A stretch of DNA of 35,295 nt from assembly GCF_004010195.1 (NCBI RefSeq), contig NC_057719.1, positions 66,800,421 to 66,835,715 on the forward strand. Reading direction: 5' to 3'. This document shows positions 34,801-35,295 of the stretch, in pieces (position 1 is the first letter of the stretch; every line of letters starts with the position of its first letter). Position numbers and translations under genes: made by a program. Under the pieces are notes generated by a model. The model saw nothing but the letters and a program-made list of their open reading frames with translations. It did not search any database and was not told the DNA's origin. Source of the stretch: Chiloscyllium plagiosum. Lineage: Eukaryota.

Positions 34801-35295
34801 GGCTACAATAGACCCAGTGTAAATTGTAATCCGAGTGCGAGCAGGGGATACTATAGACCCAGCCTGAACTGTAATCCGAGTGCGAGTAGGGGATACTGTA
34901 GACCCAGCCTGAATTGTAATCCGAGTGCGAGCAGGGGATACTATAGACCCAGCCTGAACTGTAATCCGAGTGCGAGCAGGGGATACTACAGACCCAGTGT
35001 AAACTCTAATCCAAGTGCGAGCAGGGGATACTATAGACCCAGTGTAAACTGTAATCGGAGTGCAAGCAGGGGAGAGTATAGACCCAGCCTGAACTGTAAT
35101 CTGAGTCCAAGCTGGGGATATTACAAACCCAGTGTAAACTGTAATCCGAGTGTGAGCAGGGGATACTATAGACCCAATGTAAACTGTAACCCGATTGCGA
35201 GCAGGGGATACTATCGACCCAGTGTAAACTATAATCCGAGTGGGAGCAGGTACTACAATAGACCCAATGTAAACTGTAATCCTAGTGCGAGCACG

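Larger units (their letters stand above)
26520..35295. repeat. 45-bp minisatellite/satellite array, roughly 190 units, with higher-order structure; runs off the window
   Basis: Consensus GAGCAGGGGATACTATAGACCCAGTGTAAACTGTAATCCGAGTGC; 15-aa periodicity in the ORF track; variant units recur in ordered blocks. Confidence 0.99.

Noticed and set aside
25533..35295. CRISPR-like appearance of the regular array
   Set aside because: Units are contiguous with no unique spacers, there are no cas genes, and the context is vertebrate.

Overview
Vertebrate genomic DNA, very probably a shark (inferred from HE1-type V-SINEs, shark-type CR1 LINEs and Penelope-derived repeats; the SINE tail resembles bamboo-shark/orectolobiform sequences as I recall them). 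The window holds the 5' part of ARHGAP11A on the minus strand: 8 coding exons from the ATG at 25115 to 274, all with GT-AG boundaries and consistent phases, encoding the complete RhoGAP domain. The gene continues off the left edge. Its CpG-rich promoter (about 24950-25530) abuts a >9.7 kb array of 45-bp tandem repeats, which produces all the long repetitive ORFs in the track. The most interesting element is a 655-bp TG...CA long terminal repeat (25865-26519, minus) inserted into that array. It has a reconstructable 5-bp target-site duplication (GTGTG) and appears to be the 5' LTR of a provirus whose body lies in an assembly gap. A truncated duplicate of the same insertion sits at 29133-29209, and a further inverted copy of the LTR end lies in intron 1 (21442-21471). 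The introns also carry three degenerate minimal hammerhead-ribozyme motifs. Three N-gaps limit interpretation. No database searches were run; family names come from pattern recognition.
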